A DNA stretch of 63,530 nt, filler included. It is 6 parts of 6 records of this genome, joined end to end, with 100 filler letters (N's around TTAATTAATTAA, not from the genome) between each part and the next. Parts side by side here need not be neighbours in the genome. Positions count along the whole stretch, not along the records: positions 1 to 8,598 come from DRR723986_8394; 5 more parts are not named here. One strand, written 5' to 3'. A program made the translations under genes and the position numbers. The notes under the pieces were generated by a model. That model was not told the DNA's origin, made no database searches, and saw only the letters and a list, made by a program, of their open reading frames with translations. Shown piece after piece: positions 1-8,698 of the stretch (within the stretch, counting starts at the first letter, position 1; each line of letters opens with the position of its first letter).

Positions 1-606
1 GCGCAGGCCTTTCAGGCATTGGTCGGGCAGCGGGCGGATGCCGCCCTCGCCCTGCACGGGTTCGATCATGATGGCGGCCACATCGGGGCGGGCGGCGGCC
101 TGGGCCAGCGCATCGTGATCGCCCCAGGTGAGATGCACAAAGCCGGGCAGCAGCGGGCCGAAACCTTTGGTCATTTTCTCGGAGCCCGCGGCGGCGATAC
201 CAGCGGAAGAGCGGCCATGAAAGGCGCCTTCGAATGTGATGATGTTCACCCGCTCGGGTTGGTTTTTTTCATACCAGTATTTGCGCGCCATTTTCACCGC
301 CAATTCGCAGCTTTCGGTGCCGGAATTGGTGAAGAAAACCGTATCGGCAAAGCTGGCCGCGACCAGGCGATCGGCCAGGGCCTGTTGCTGGGGGATGCGG
401 TAGAGGTTTGACACGTGCCACAGGTTTTGCGCCTGTTCGCTCAAGGCCTGCACCAGGGCGGGGTGCGCATGGCCCAAGGCGTTGACGGCGATGCCTGCGC
501 CGAGGTCAAGAAAACGTCGGCCATCTGCCTCGATCAGCCAGCTGCCTTCGCCCTTGACGAATTCAAGAGGGGCACGGTTGTAAGTGGGCAGAATGCTGGG
601 GATCAT
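1..606 (-). CDS. argD: Acetylornithine aminotransferase (class III PLP), 3' end off the window
   Basis: Hand translation from ATG 606: MIPSILPTYNRAPLEFVKGEGSWLIEADGRRFLDLGAGIAVNALGHAHP; SD AAGGA at 615-619. Missing from the ORF track because the stop lies outside the window. Confidence 0.9.
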   Translation of the reverse strand, partial: MIPSILPTYNRAPLEFVKGEGSWLIEADGRRFLDLGAGIAVNALGHAHPALVQALSEQAQNLWHVSNLYRIPQQQALADRLVAASFADTVFFTNSGTESCELAVKMARKYWYEKNQPERVNIITFEGAFHGRSSAGIAAAGSEKMTKGFGPLLPGFVHLTWGDHDALAQAAARPDVAAIMIEPVQGEGGIRPLPDQCLKGLR

Positions 607-731
607 CGCGATCATCCTTTGATAAAGAGCCTATGTCGTGCCGAATTGGCACTGGCGCGTCAAGTTTTGTGAAAGTGTTTGCGCAAGAGCGGCGCAATGG
701 CAATGGTAAAGGGGCGAATGGCAAAGGGGCG

Positions 732-776
732 TCAGGCGCGGGTGCGTCGACGTCGGGTGCTGGGGATATGTGCCAT
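732..776 (-). CDS. Putative Arg-rich leader peptide MAHIPSTRRRRTRA upstream of argD
   Basis: ATG GCA CAT ATC CCC AGC ACC CGA CGT CGA CGC ACC CGC GCC TGA; 5 Arg in the last 7 residues, two of them CGA; ends 125 nt before the argD ATG on the same strand. Confidence 0.6.
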   Translation of the reverse strand: MAHIPSTRRRRTRA

Positions 777-909
777 AGATACCATGGTGGCGCTTTTACG
801 GCGAGACTGGTGGCGGGGAAAGTGAAAAACGAGGTTTTGCCGCCGGCCTGGCAGCGAAGGTGGCGGGGCGCGTTATTTGTGCAACAGGGCCGGTGGCTGT
901 GCCTGGGCC

Positions 910-1362
910 CTAGCGTGACCAGCGGTTGAGGGCGGTTTCGTCTTCTTCGCGGGCCGCGACCCAGGTGGCGCTTTTGGCGCTATGTTCTTTTTTCCAGAAA
1001 GGCGCGCGGGATTTCAGGTAATCCATCAGGAATTCGGCCGCTTCAAAGGCGTCTTTGCGGTGGCGGGCGGCTGTGGCCACCATCATGATGGCCTCGTCTG
1101 GGTGCATGCGCCCGTAGCGATGCAGCACAAAGGCATCGGCCAAGGGCCAGCGCTGGTGGGCCTGATCGATAATTGCCTCGAGCGCGCGTTCGGTCATGCC
1201 GGGGTAATGTTCGATTTCCATCACATCGAGGCCTTGGGCGATATCGCGCACGATGCCGGTAAAGGTAACAATTGCCCCCGCTTGTGCGCCCTGTTGGCGT
1301 GCCACAAAGGCATTGGCCTCGGCCCCCAGATCGAATGGGGCGTCTTGCACGCGCACCCGCAT
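910..1362 (-). CDS. moaE: Molybdopterin synthase catalytic subunit
   Basis: GAIVTFTGIVR, EHYPGM and LKSRAPFWKKE motifs. Confidence 0.95.
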   Translation of the reverse strand: MRVRVQDAPFDLGAEANAFVARQQGAQAGAIVTFTGIVRDIAQGLDVMEIEHYPGMTERALEAIIDQAHQRWPLADAFVLHRYGRMHPDEAIMMVATAARHRKDAFEAAEFLMDYLKSRAPFWKKEHSAKSATWVAAREEDETALNRWSR

Positions 1363-1363
1363 C

Positions 1364-1612
1364 TCAGCCCCCTGTCATGGGCGGAAAAAACGCCACTTCG
1401 CGGGCACCGGCCAGGGGTGCTGTGAAATCTGTCAATTCTTGGTCTACGGCCACGCGCAGGGCCGCGAGATCTTGGAAGGCGGATGCGTAGCGGGGTTCGC
1501 GCGCGCGCAATTCATCAACCAGCGCCTGAACGGTTTCAGCCTGGGTTTCAACGGTTTCGCGGGGGGTGCCGATACGTTCGCGCACCCAGGCGAAATAAAG
1601 CACGTCGATCAT
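1364..1612 (-). CDS. moaD: Molybdopterin synthase sulfur carrier subunit
   Basis: MIDVLYFAWVRE...VAFFPPMTGG with C-terminal GG; ATGA overlap with the pgsA stop. Confidence 0.95.
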   Translation of the reverse strand: MIDVLYFAWVRERIGTPRETVETQAETVQALVDELRAREPRYASAFQDLAALRVAVDQELTDFTAPLAGAREVAFFPPMTGG

Positions 1613-2274
1613 GGGGTATCCTTTAGATGCGGCAGCGCCTTTTGCAGATAATCGGCGCCGGTCAGCAATGTCAGGGCTGACGCCACCCACAGCAGCGTCA
1701 CGCCCGCGTGCCCGGCCCAGATTGTGCCATGCCACAGCCACTGCTGGCCGGGGAATTCCTGTGCGCCCTCTTGTTTCAGCTCGATCAGCAAGGCCGGGTC
1801 CATCCCGGGGCTGGGCAGGCCCAGGTAATGTTCAAACACGCCTTGCGCAAACAGCATGGCGATGGCCACCATCTGTGCGGTGGTTTTCCATTTGGCCAGG
1901 GGCGTTACCTTTAGCGTGCCGGCTGTATCGCCCAAAAATTCGCGCAAGCCCGAGACAAAGACCTCGCGGAACAAGATAACGGTGGCGGGCAGAACCAACC
2001 AGGGCGACATCGAGGAATAGCCCACAATCACCATCAGCGCGATAACCACCATCGCCTTGTCGGCAATGGGGTCTAGCATGGCGCCAAGCTTGGTTTCTTG
2101 TTTCCACGCCCGGGCCAGATAGCCATCGAACCAATCGGTGACGGCGGCGCTGACAAACAGCACCAATGCGAACCAATCGGCATAGGGGCGGTTAAAAAAC
2201 AAAAACATTACCGCGACGCCGGGTGCAGCGACCAGGCGCAGGGTGGTTAAGATATTTGGCACAGTCCAGTTCAT
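1609..2274 (-). CDS. pgsA: CDP-diacylglycerol--glycerol-3-phosphate phosphatidyltransferase
   Basis: PNILT and DWFDGYLAR...GAMLDPIADK CDP-alcohol motif. Confidence 0.95.
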   Translation of the reverse strand: MNWTVPNILTTLRLVAAPGVAVMFLFFNRPYADWFALVLFVSAAVTDWFDGYLARAWKQETKLGAMLDPIADKAMVVIALMVIVGYSSMSPWLVLPATVILFREVFVSGLREFLGDTAGTLKVTPLAKWKTTAQMVAIAMLFAQGVFEHYLGLPSPGMDPALLIELKQEGAQEFPGQQWLWHGTIWAGHAGVTLLWVASALTLLTGADYLQKALPHLKDTP

Positions 2275-2314
2275 AGCACTTTCCTACCCCGTCCCTTGGG
2301 CGGTGGGAAGGGGC

Positions 2315-3301
2315 TCAATGCCTGGGGCGCATAAGTTGGGCCGAGGCCAGGCGCCGCGCGCGCAGGCGTTCGCGCAAAAACACAAACAACCCCGAGCCCA
2401 TGATCAACAAAATGCCCGCGCTTACCGCCGCATCTGGCCATTCAGACCACAGCAGCCAGCCCCAAAACACCGCCAGGGGCAGGCCCACATATTCAAAAGG
2501 CGCGATTGTGGCGGCATCGGCCAGGCGATAGGCCTGGGCCAGGCTGTAGCCGATGATCGCCGAATTCAGCCCCAGGCCCAGAAACAGCCAGATATCATTG
2601 CCCTGCGGCCAGATCCATGCGCGCAGCAAAAACACCACCGATCCGTTCTCGATACCTTCGGCGTAACGCCCATCGCCGGCAATGACGAAAAAGCCAAGCG
2701 AGACGATGATGAAAAGCCCCTGAATATAAACCGCCATCGCCGAGGCGCGGGTGCTTATGCCCAGTTTGCGGGTCATGATTTGATTAAGCGCATAAAACAG
2801 CGCCGATACCACCGGCAACAGCAGCACCCAGCGCGATAGATCCAACGCGCTGCCGGGCGCCCATGGTTTCATCATCACCACCACGCCGGCAAAGCCCGCC
2901 ACCACAGCGCCCAGCCGCCATGGGCCCACTTTTTCACCCAATAGGGGAATCGACAGCAGGGTGATCATCAGCGGTGCCACGAAAAACAGCGCGGTGGCAT
3001 TGGCCAATGGCATCACCGCCAGCGCGGCGAAATAGGTAAGATTTGAGATCACCACCAAAACCCCCCGCAGCAGGTGCAGCCCGGGCGTGCGGGTTTTCAA
3101 GATGTGCCAGCCGCCCTCCCACTGCACCAAGATCAGGGAAAACACTATGCCAATGGCCGAGCGTAAAAACACCATCTGGTGCAGCGGGTAGCCACCAGAA
3201 AGCTGTTTGATCAGCATGTCATTGATCGAGATTGCCACCACCCCCAACAGCACAAAGCCGATTCCCGCGGCGTTTGCATTATGTGGCATTGGGCTGGCCA
3301 T
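2315..3301 (-). CDS. DMT/EamA family transporter
   Basis: Multiple TM segments, LLGEKVG and APFEY motifs; start chosen from GGAGG SD at 3307-3311. Confidence 0.85.
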   Translation of the reverse strand: MASPMPHNANAAGIGFVLLGVVAISINDMLIKQLSGGYPLHQMVFLRSAIGIVFSLILVQWEGGWHILKTRTPGLHLLRGVLVVISNLTYFAALAVMPLANATALFFVAPLMITLLSIPLLGEKVGPWRLGAVVAGFAGVVVMMKPWAPGSALDLSRWVLLLPVVSALFYALNQIMTRKLGISTRASAMAVYIQGLFIIVSLGFFVIAGDGRYAEGIENGSVVFLLRAWIWPQGNDIWLFLGLGLNSAIIGYSLAQAYRLADAATIAPFEYVGLPLAVFWGWLLWSEWPDAAVSAGILLIMGSGLFVFLRERLRARRLASAQLMRPRH

Positions 3302-3424
3302 GGGGCCTCCTTTCGGGGTGGAAAGCATTGGTTGGGCGGCGCTGTCGGTTTCCCTATGGAAAACCACACGGGCCTTGGTTTACTGTGACCAAACTTGCCG
3401 CCAACACAAGACGAGGATTTTTTC

Positions 3425-3967
3425 ATGGAAATGAAAGACCAGCGTGACATCGCTGCCGACCGTGCCACGCTGTGGGCCGCTATTTTGAACCCCGAGGTGC
3501 TGAAAGCCTGCATTCCCGGCGCACAAGAGGTGACAGGCACGCCCCAGACAGGGTTCGAGGCCACTGTTGTGCAAAAGGTTGGGCCGGTGAAGGCCACGTT
3601 CAAGGGCGCTGTCAGCGTGTCTGACATGGTCGAGGGCCAAAGCCTGACGTTGACGGGCGAGGGCAAGGGCGGGGCTGCGGGCTTTGCCAAGGGTGGCGCG
3701 CGCGTTCATATGGAAGATATCGAAGGCGGCACGCGCCTAAGCTACGAGGTGGATGCCAAAGTGGGGGGCAAACTGGCGCAGCTGGGCAGCCGCCTGATTG
3801 ATGGCTTTGCCAAGAAAATGGCCGATGATTTCTTTTCCCGCCTGCAAGATGCGGTCGAGGCCCCGGCCGATGATGCCGGCGATGGCGACAGCGACAGCGA
3901 GGCTGCGGCCGGTGGTGAAGCAGCCGCCAAAAAAGGCTGGTTCAAACGCCTGACTGGCAAAGACTAA
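3425..3967 (+). CDS. coxG: CoxG/SRPBCC family protein
   Basis: LNPEVLKACIPG, VGPVKATF and VGGKLAQLGSRLID motifs; acidic linker and amphipathic C-tail KKGWFKRL. Confidence 0.85.
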   Translation: MEMKDQRDIAADRATLWAAILNPEVLKACIPGAQEVTGTPQTGFEATVVQKVGPVKATFKGAVSVSDMVEGQSLTLTGEGKGGAAGFAKGGARVHMEDIEGGTRLSYEVDAKVGGKLAQLGSRLIDGFAKKMADDFFSRLQDAVEAPADDAGDGDSDSEAAAGGEAAAKKGWFKRLTGKD

Positions 3968-3977
3968 CCGCGCAGCG

Positions 3978-5285
3978 CTACCGTGCGGCGGCCCCAGTGG
4001 GCTGCTGCGTGGGCTGCTGCGGGGGCAGGCGCCTTTCGGCGCTGCGGGCATGGCCCTCCATGCCCTCCGCGCGGCTGATATTGGCGCTGGCCGCGGCCAA
4101 GGCGGGCAGCGCCTGCGCATCGGCCTGCTGCCATGTGACGGTTTTGAGGTATTTCAGCACCGATAGCCCCCCGGTATGGCGCGCCGCGCCGCTGGTGGGC
4201 AGCACATGGTTTGGCCCTGCGGCCTTGTCGCCAAAGGGCACGGTGGTGTTTTCACCCAAAAATAGCGATCCGTAGTTGCGCAGGCGGTTTTTCCACCACG
4301 CCAGATCGCGGGCCTGCACATGCAGATGCTCGGGCGCGTAGGCGTCTGATTTTTGCGCCATCTCCTCGACCGTGTCGCAGACCCAAACCTCGCCCAGGGC
4401 CTGCCATGCGGCGGCGGCGGCCTGTGCGTTGGGGGCGGGTAATTCTGCGATGCAGCGCGGAATATGGGCCATCACGGCCTGCGCCAGAGGCGCGCTGTTG
4501 GTCACTAGCCACACAGGCGAATTAGCGCCATGTTCGGCCTGGCCCACCAGATCCCATGCCACGGTCAGCGGATCGGCGCTGTCATCAGCCAGCACCAGGC
4601 TGTCGGTGGGGCCTGCCACCATATCGATGCCCACAGGCCCAAACAGCTGGCGCTTGGCCTCGGCCACATAGGCATTGCCGGGGCCCACCAAAATATCGGC
4701 GGGCAAGGCCCCAAACAAGCCATAGGCCATGGCGGCAATGCCCTGCACGCCCCCGATGGCCAGCACCCGCGTGGCCCCGGCCAATTGCATGGCGTAAAGG
4801 ATGGGGGCGGGAATGCCCTGCCCGGGGTGGGGCACCGAACAGGCGGTGATATGGGGCACGCCGGCCACCTTTGCGGGGGTGATCGTCATCAAGGCGCTGG
4901 CGATATGGGCATAGCGCCCGCCTGGCACATAGGCGCCCACGCTGCCCACTGGAATAACCCGCTGGCCCGCGCGCAGGCCGGGGCGCAGTTCGATCTCCAT
5001 CTCGCCAAGGGTGGCGCGCTGGGCCTCGGCAAAGCGGCGGATGTTGTCATGGGCATAGGCGATATCGTCTTTCAGCCCCTGTGGCACTTGATCAGTTGCG
5101 GCGGCGATGGTTTCGGGGGCCACCTCGATCGGGCCATCCCAGCCATCCAGCTTTTGCGCATAGCCGCGCGCCACGTCAGCCCCGCCTTGGCGGATCTCGG
5201 CCAGCATGCGCTGCACAGTTTCAGCCACGTCGTGGCTTTCTTGGGGGGGCAGGCCGGGGCTGGCTTTGAGGGCACGGATGGGCAT
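3978..5285 (-). CDS. HpsN-like (sulfopropanediol 3-dehydrogenase) member of the histidinol dehydrogenase family
   Basis: YVPGGRYAHIASALMT, VGIDMVAGPTDS, QAEHG, APEHL and GMEGHAR resemble the HpsN subfamily more than canonical HisD; GGAGG SD at 5291-5295. Confidence 0.75.
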   Translation of the reverse strand: MPIRALKASPGLPPQESHDVAETVQRMLAEIRQGGADVARGYAQKLDGWDGPIEVAPETIAAATDQVPQGLKDDIAYAHDNIRRFAEAQRATLGEMEIELRPGLRAGQRVIPVGSVGAYVPGGRYAHIASALMTITPAKVAGVPHITACSVPHPGQGIPAPILYAMQLAGATRVLAIGGVQGIAAMAYGLFGALPADILVGPGNAYVAEAKRQLFGPVGIDMVAGPTDSLVLADDSADPLTVAWDLVGQAEHGANSPVWLVTNSAPLAQAVMAHIPRCIAELPAPNAQAAAAAWQALGEVWVCDTVEEMAQKSDAYAPEHLHVQARDLAWWKNRLRNYGSLFLGENTTVPFGDKAAGPNHVLPTSGAARHTGGLSVLKYLKTVTWQQADAQALPALAAASANISRAEGMEGHARSAERRLPPQQPTQQPTGAAAR

Positions 5286-5557
5286 TGGGGCCTCCTTTTC
5301 TGGCCCCAGAAAACGCGCCAAGCCCCACGCCGCGCAAGCGCAATCACCCGCAGGCACGGGCATTTTTCAGTGCCTAAAAGGAGGTTTCGGGAAAGCTGTA
5401 AAAGGGGGCTTTGCGGGGCCTGGCTGCGTGGCGCCTGCGTTTGCGAAAACAGGTGACATTCTAACGTGATTTTCCTGATTTTAAAAAACGCTTGACCTTG
5501 CTTTGGGCGTGAACAATCCTCGATCGAAATATTGTTTTAATTGCAACTTAAGGTGTT

Positions 5558-6244
5558 TTGATTGTGGGCATTCTTCGCCGGTTTTTTCGTGGTCTAATTT
5601 TGGGTGCTATTTGCATTGCAGGCGTCTTTTCTGCAGGGCGTGCCGATGCGTTCAACGTGGGTTCTGTGGCCTATCTTTGCAGCAAAAACACCAAAATGCT
5701 TTGGGTGATCGGGCCAGATAGCTACACGGGCTGTCCGGTTCGCATTTTGCGAAATGCCGGTGGCAGTTATCGTATTCTAGCACATAGTCGTGGCTGTATT
5801 CTGCCGGGGTTTGGTTCGGGGTATCTGAGCCGTGGACAAGAAGCCTGGGTGGAAAGCTACGATTTATGGGGCACCCGTGCCGCATGCGAAAGCCGGGGCA
5901 AGAAAGCCCAAGCCAGCAAGCCAAAAAACTATCCGCTTAAAATGCAGAACTTTTGCAAATACGACATGCTCGGCTTTGTGCGCTATAAGAATTTGTCTGG
6001 TAACTGGGTGAATAGCGATTGGTTCAACCTGCCCGCCGATAGCAAACGCTACAATGTGCGCGGCGTTCAGACGAAGAATTCTACCTTCTACTATTACTTG
6101 GTTTATGCAGAAGGGCCTTATAAGGGTAAAACCTTTGGCCGTGGCGCACCCGATGTCAGGCGCGAGAAAGACGGGAAATCCTACGGTATGCGCGAGTTTA
6201 GATCTGGCTCTAGGCCACCTGGAATTGCCTTTTGCAAAAAATAA
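5558..6244 (+). CDS. Secreted Cys-containing hypothetical protein with DUF1036-like C-terminal domain
   Basis: Signal-like N-terminus ending ADA; NFCKY..FVRYK..GNWVNSDWFNL...NSTFYYY; visibly more AT-rich than its flanks. Confidence 0.55.
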   Translation: MIVGILRRFFRGLILGAICIAGVFSAGRADAFNVGSVAYLCSKNTKMLWVIGPDSYTGCPVRILRNAGGSYRILAHSRGCILPGFGSGYLSRGQEAWVESYDLWGTRAACESRGKKAQASKPKNYPLKMQNFCKYDMLGFVRYKNLSGNWVNSDWFNLPADSKRYNVRGVQTKNSTFYYYLVYAEGPYKGKTFGRGAPDVRREKDGKSYGMREFRSGSRPPGIAFCKK

Positions 6245-6351
6245 TCTGATGCCAGGGGCCAAATAGGCCTGAGCACAGACAGATTGGCGCGGTTATGCGT
6301 AGGGCATCTGCGGCCAGTTTTGGCCGATCCGGGTTTGCGCCGATGGGGTGC

Positions 6352-6786
6352 TTACCCAAGCCGCGCCAGCAGGCCTTTTGCGCAGGTCTCGATCAGGTCT
6401 AGGCAGCCGTTGAAATCGCGGGTGTAATAGGGGTCGGGCACCTGGGTGGCGCCGGTTTCGGGGGCGTAATCGGTAAAAAGATGCACCGGTGTGGTGTTGC
6501 CTTTGGGGCGCTGCGCCTCGATATCGGTGCGGTTTTGCGCGTCCATCGCCAAGATCAGATCGAAGCGGGTGAAATCATCGGGGCTGAACTGGCGCGCGCG
6601 CAGGTCTTGCATGGCAATGCCACGGGCGCGGGCTGCGGCCTGCATTGGGGCGTAGGGCGGCTCGCCCTGGTGCCAGCCCGAGGTGCCGGCGCTGTCGATC
6701 TGCCATTGGGGCGCGATCTGGCGCAGCACCGCCTCGGCGCTGGGGGATCGGCAGATATTGCCGAGGCAAACGCATAAGATACGCAT
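6352..6786 (-). CDS. Low molecular weight protein-tyrosine phosphatase
   Basis: VCLGNICRS P-loop, DSAGT and DPYY motifs. Confidence 0.92.
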   Translation of the reverse strand: MRILCVCLGNICRSPSAEAVLRQIAPQWQIDSAGTSGWHQGEPPYAPMQAAARARGIAMQDLRARQFSPDDFTRFDLILAMDAQNRTDIEAQRPKGNTTPVHLFTDYAPETGATQVPDPYYTRDFNGCLDLIETCAKGLLARLG

Positions 6787-6853
6787 GGGTGTTTCCCCTT
6801 GGCTGTGCGCCTGCGCCAGGCTGCGGGGCCCGGCGCAGGCAGGGCGGTGGCCC

Positions 6854-7354
6854 TTAATCTGATTGTTTCTGCATCGTGCCGTGACCCATGCTGCCGTGGC
6901 CCATGCTGCCGTGATCAGGCTTGCGCTGCAAATCAACCGGCACGGTGACGGCAACATCGCCTGCTTTTTCAAATTCCAGCGTCAGCTGCACTGTGTCGCC
7001 ATCTTGCAAGGGGCGGGTCAGGCCCAAAAACATCACATGGTGGCCGCCGCGGGCCATCATGATATGCCCACCTGCGGGCAGTGCAAAACCTTCCTCGACA
7101 TGGAGCATGCGCATCACGCCCATATCGTCTTCTTTATGGGTGTGCAGTTCGGTCTTTTCTGCCACATCCGAGCGCGCGCCGATCAGGCGGTCGTCGGGGC
7201 CGGTGTTTTCGATCACCATAAAGGCCGCGCCCGAGCTAGACATCATGGCCGACACGCGGGCGTAAGGATCTTTGACGGTGATATCGGCGGCAAAGGCGGG
7301 CAGGGCAAGGCTGGCAGCTGCGAGGGCTGCGATAAATGTGGTTTTCAGCGACAT
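6854..7354 (-). CDS. Periplasmic copper chaperone, PCu(A)C family
   Basis: Signal peptide; ELHTH..GVMRM...GGHHVMF; His/Met tail HGSMGHGSMGHG. Confidence 0.92.
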   Translation of the reverse strand: MSLKTTFIAALAAASLALPAFAADITVKDPYARVSAMMSSSGAAFMVIENTGPDDRLIGARSDVAEKTELHTHKEDDMGVMRMLHVEEGFALPAGGHIMMARGGHHVMFLGLTRPLQDGDTVQLTLEFEKAGDVAVTVPVDLQRKPDHGSMGHGSMGHGTMQKQSD

Positions 7355-7396
7355 TGGCTGATCCTTTCGATCTGTCTGTTGGTTTGGGTGTTTGGA

Positions 7397-7750
7397 TCAG
7401 ACAGTGGGAAAGGGGGGCGCGCGGGCCTGGGCATGGGGCGCAATTTGCCCCGTGCTGCTGCGGCTTTGACTGACAAAGGCCACAGCCTGCCAGCGGCTGG
7501 GGCGCGGTAGCAGGGTTTGCACCGGGCCCAGAGCGGCAAATAACGACAGGCTGCAATCGGGGCAGATATGGCGGGGGCCGATGGGTTGGCCCTGTTCATC
7601 GACCAAAACGGTGATGGGGCCCGTGCCCGTGCACAACACCATACTGCCTGCAGGCCCTGTGGCGCCACGGGCCACGGCCATGGTTTGGCCTGTCAGGGCC
7701 AAAATCACGGCCATCAAAGCGGCCAGAATCGGGCTGCGTAAAAAGAGCAT
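7397..7750 (-). CDS. DUF2946 family protein (CruR/CutF-like)
   Basis: Signal-like N-terminus, VLCTG, ICPDC (CxxC) and C-terminal ARAPP, directly upstream of PCuAC. Confidence 0.75.
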   Translation of the reverse strand: MLFLRSPILAALMAVILALTGQTMAVARGATGPAGSMVLCTGTGPITVLVDEQGQPIGPRHICPDCSLSLFAALGPVQTLLPRPSRWQAVAFVSQSRSSTGQIAPHAQARAPPFPTV

Positions 7751-7795
7751 GGGGGCTTAATAGCCGCTTAGTCTGCGGGTGTCAGGCGCCAAACG

Positions 7796-7832
7796 AAAAC
7801 AGCCCTGCGGCGCGGCACCGCAGGGCTGTTTT
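7796..7832. terminator. Rho-independent terminator downstream of rpmB, bidirectional form
   Basis: AAAACAGCCCTGCGG-CGCGGCA-CCGCAGGGCTGTTTT. Confidence 0.85.
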
Positions 7833-7849
7833 GGTAAAGCACAAAAAGA

Positions 7850-8140
7850 TTAGGCGTTTGCGGCCTGAGCTTTTTGAATTTCTTTTTTCACCTTCAGCGC
7901 GTTGTCCGACAGCTCGGCGTCTTTGGCTTTGGCCAGGAACGCATCCAGCCCGCCACGGTGATCAACCGAACGCAGTGCTGCGGCAGAAATGCGCAGTTTC
8001 ACGCCACGGCCCAGGGTTTCGGACTGCAGGGTGACATCGTTCAGGTTCGGCAGAAAACGACGCCGAGTTTTGTTGTTGGCGTGGCTAACATTGTTACCAC
8101 TCATCGGGCCTTTACCGGTCAGTTCGCAGCGGCGCGCCAT
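7850..8140 (-). CDS. rpmB: 50S ribosomal protein L28
   Basis: [39 protein letters not shown]. Confidence 0.97.
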   Translation of the reverse strand: MARRCELTGKGPMSGNNVSHANNKTRRRFLPNLNDVTLQSETLGRGVKLRISAAALRSVDHRGGLDAFLAKAKDAELSDNALKVKKEIQKAQAANA

Positions 8141-8231
8141 GGTTATTACCTCGTCTGGATCGCGGGGCGAATGCGGCCCCCTCAACATATAAGGGCACCG
8201 CCGACGGCCGTGCCCCGAATTCCGTTCGGGT

Positions 8232-8260
8232 GCATTAGGGGGAATCGCGCGGCGCGTCAA
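8232..8260 (-). promoter_or_regulatory. Putative sigma70 promoter of rpmB
   Basis: Minus strand TTGACG-N17-TAATGC. Confidence 0.55.
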
Positions 8261-8355
8261 GGGCGATATCGGTGCATGCGCCCGTAATTGATGGCCAGCC
8301 CCCCCCTGGCCGCCCGCCCGTCGCCCACCCGCCGCCCACCCGCCGCCCCAATGGC

Positions 8356-8598
8356 TTAGGCGGCTGGCGGTAGAAAGCCGCCCGACTGCCGCGCCCAAAG
8401 CCGGGCATAAAGCCCGCCTTGCGCCAGCAAGGCGCTGTGGCTGCCCTGTTCGATGATGCGGCCCTGATCCAAAACCACGATTTTGTCCATTTGCGCAATG
8501 GTCGACAGGCGGTGGGCAATGGCCAAAACGGTTTTGTCCTGCATCATTGTGTAAAGCGTGTCTTGAACGGCGGCCTCTACCTCGGAATCCAGCGCCGA
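8356..8598 (-). CDS. ABC exporter ATP-binding/permease, C-terminal fragment
   Basis: SALDSEVE...IAHRLSTI...EQGSH; cut by the contig spacer. Confidence 0.85.
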   Translation of the reverse strand, partial: SALDSEVEAAVQDTLYTMMQDKTVLAIAHRLSTIAQMDKIVVLDQGRIIEQGSHSALLAQGGLYARLWARQSGGFLPPAA

Positions 8599-8698
8599 NN
8601 NNNNNNNNNNNNNNNNNNNNNNNNNNNNNNNNNNNNNNNNNNTTAATTAATTAANNNNNNNNNNNNNNNNNNNNNNNNNNNNNNNNNNNNNNNNNNNN
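8599..8698. other. Artificial contig spacer
   Basis: N-run, TTAATTAATTAA (stops in all six frames), N-run. Confidence 0.99.

Noticed and set aside
19-929. Plus-strand ORFs 19-411, 415-672 and 633-929
   Set aside because: Antisense shadows of argD and its leader, with no recognisable motifs.
3425-3967. CO dehydrogenase cluster
   Set aside because: Only a stand-alone coxG is present; coxL, coxM and coxS are absent.
3978-5285. Calling this gene hisD
   Set aside because: Motifs match the HpsN-like subfamily better and there is no his context.
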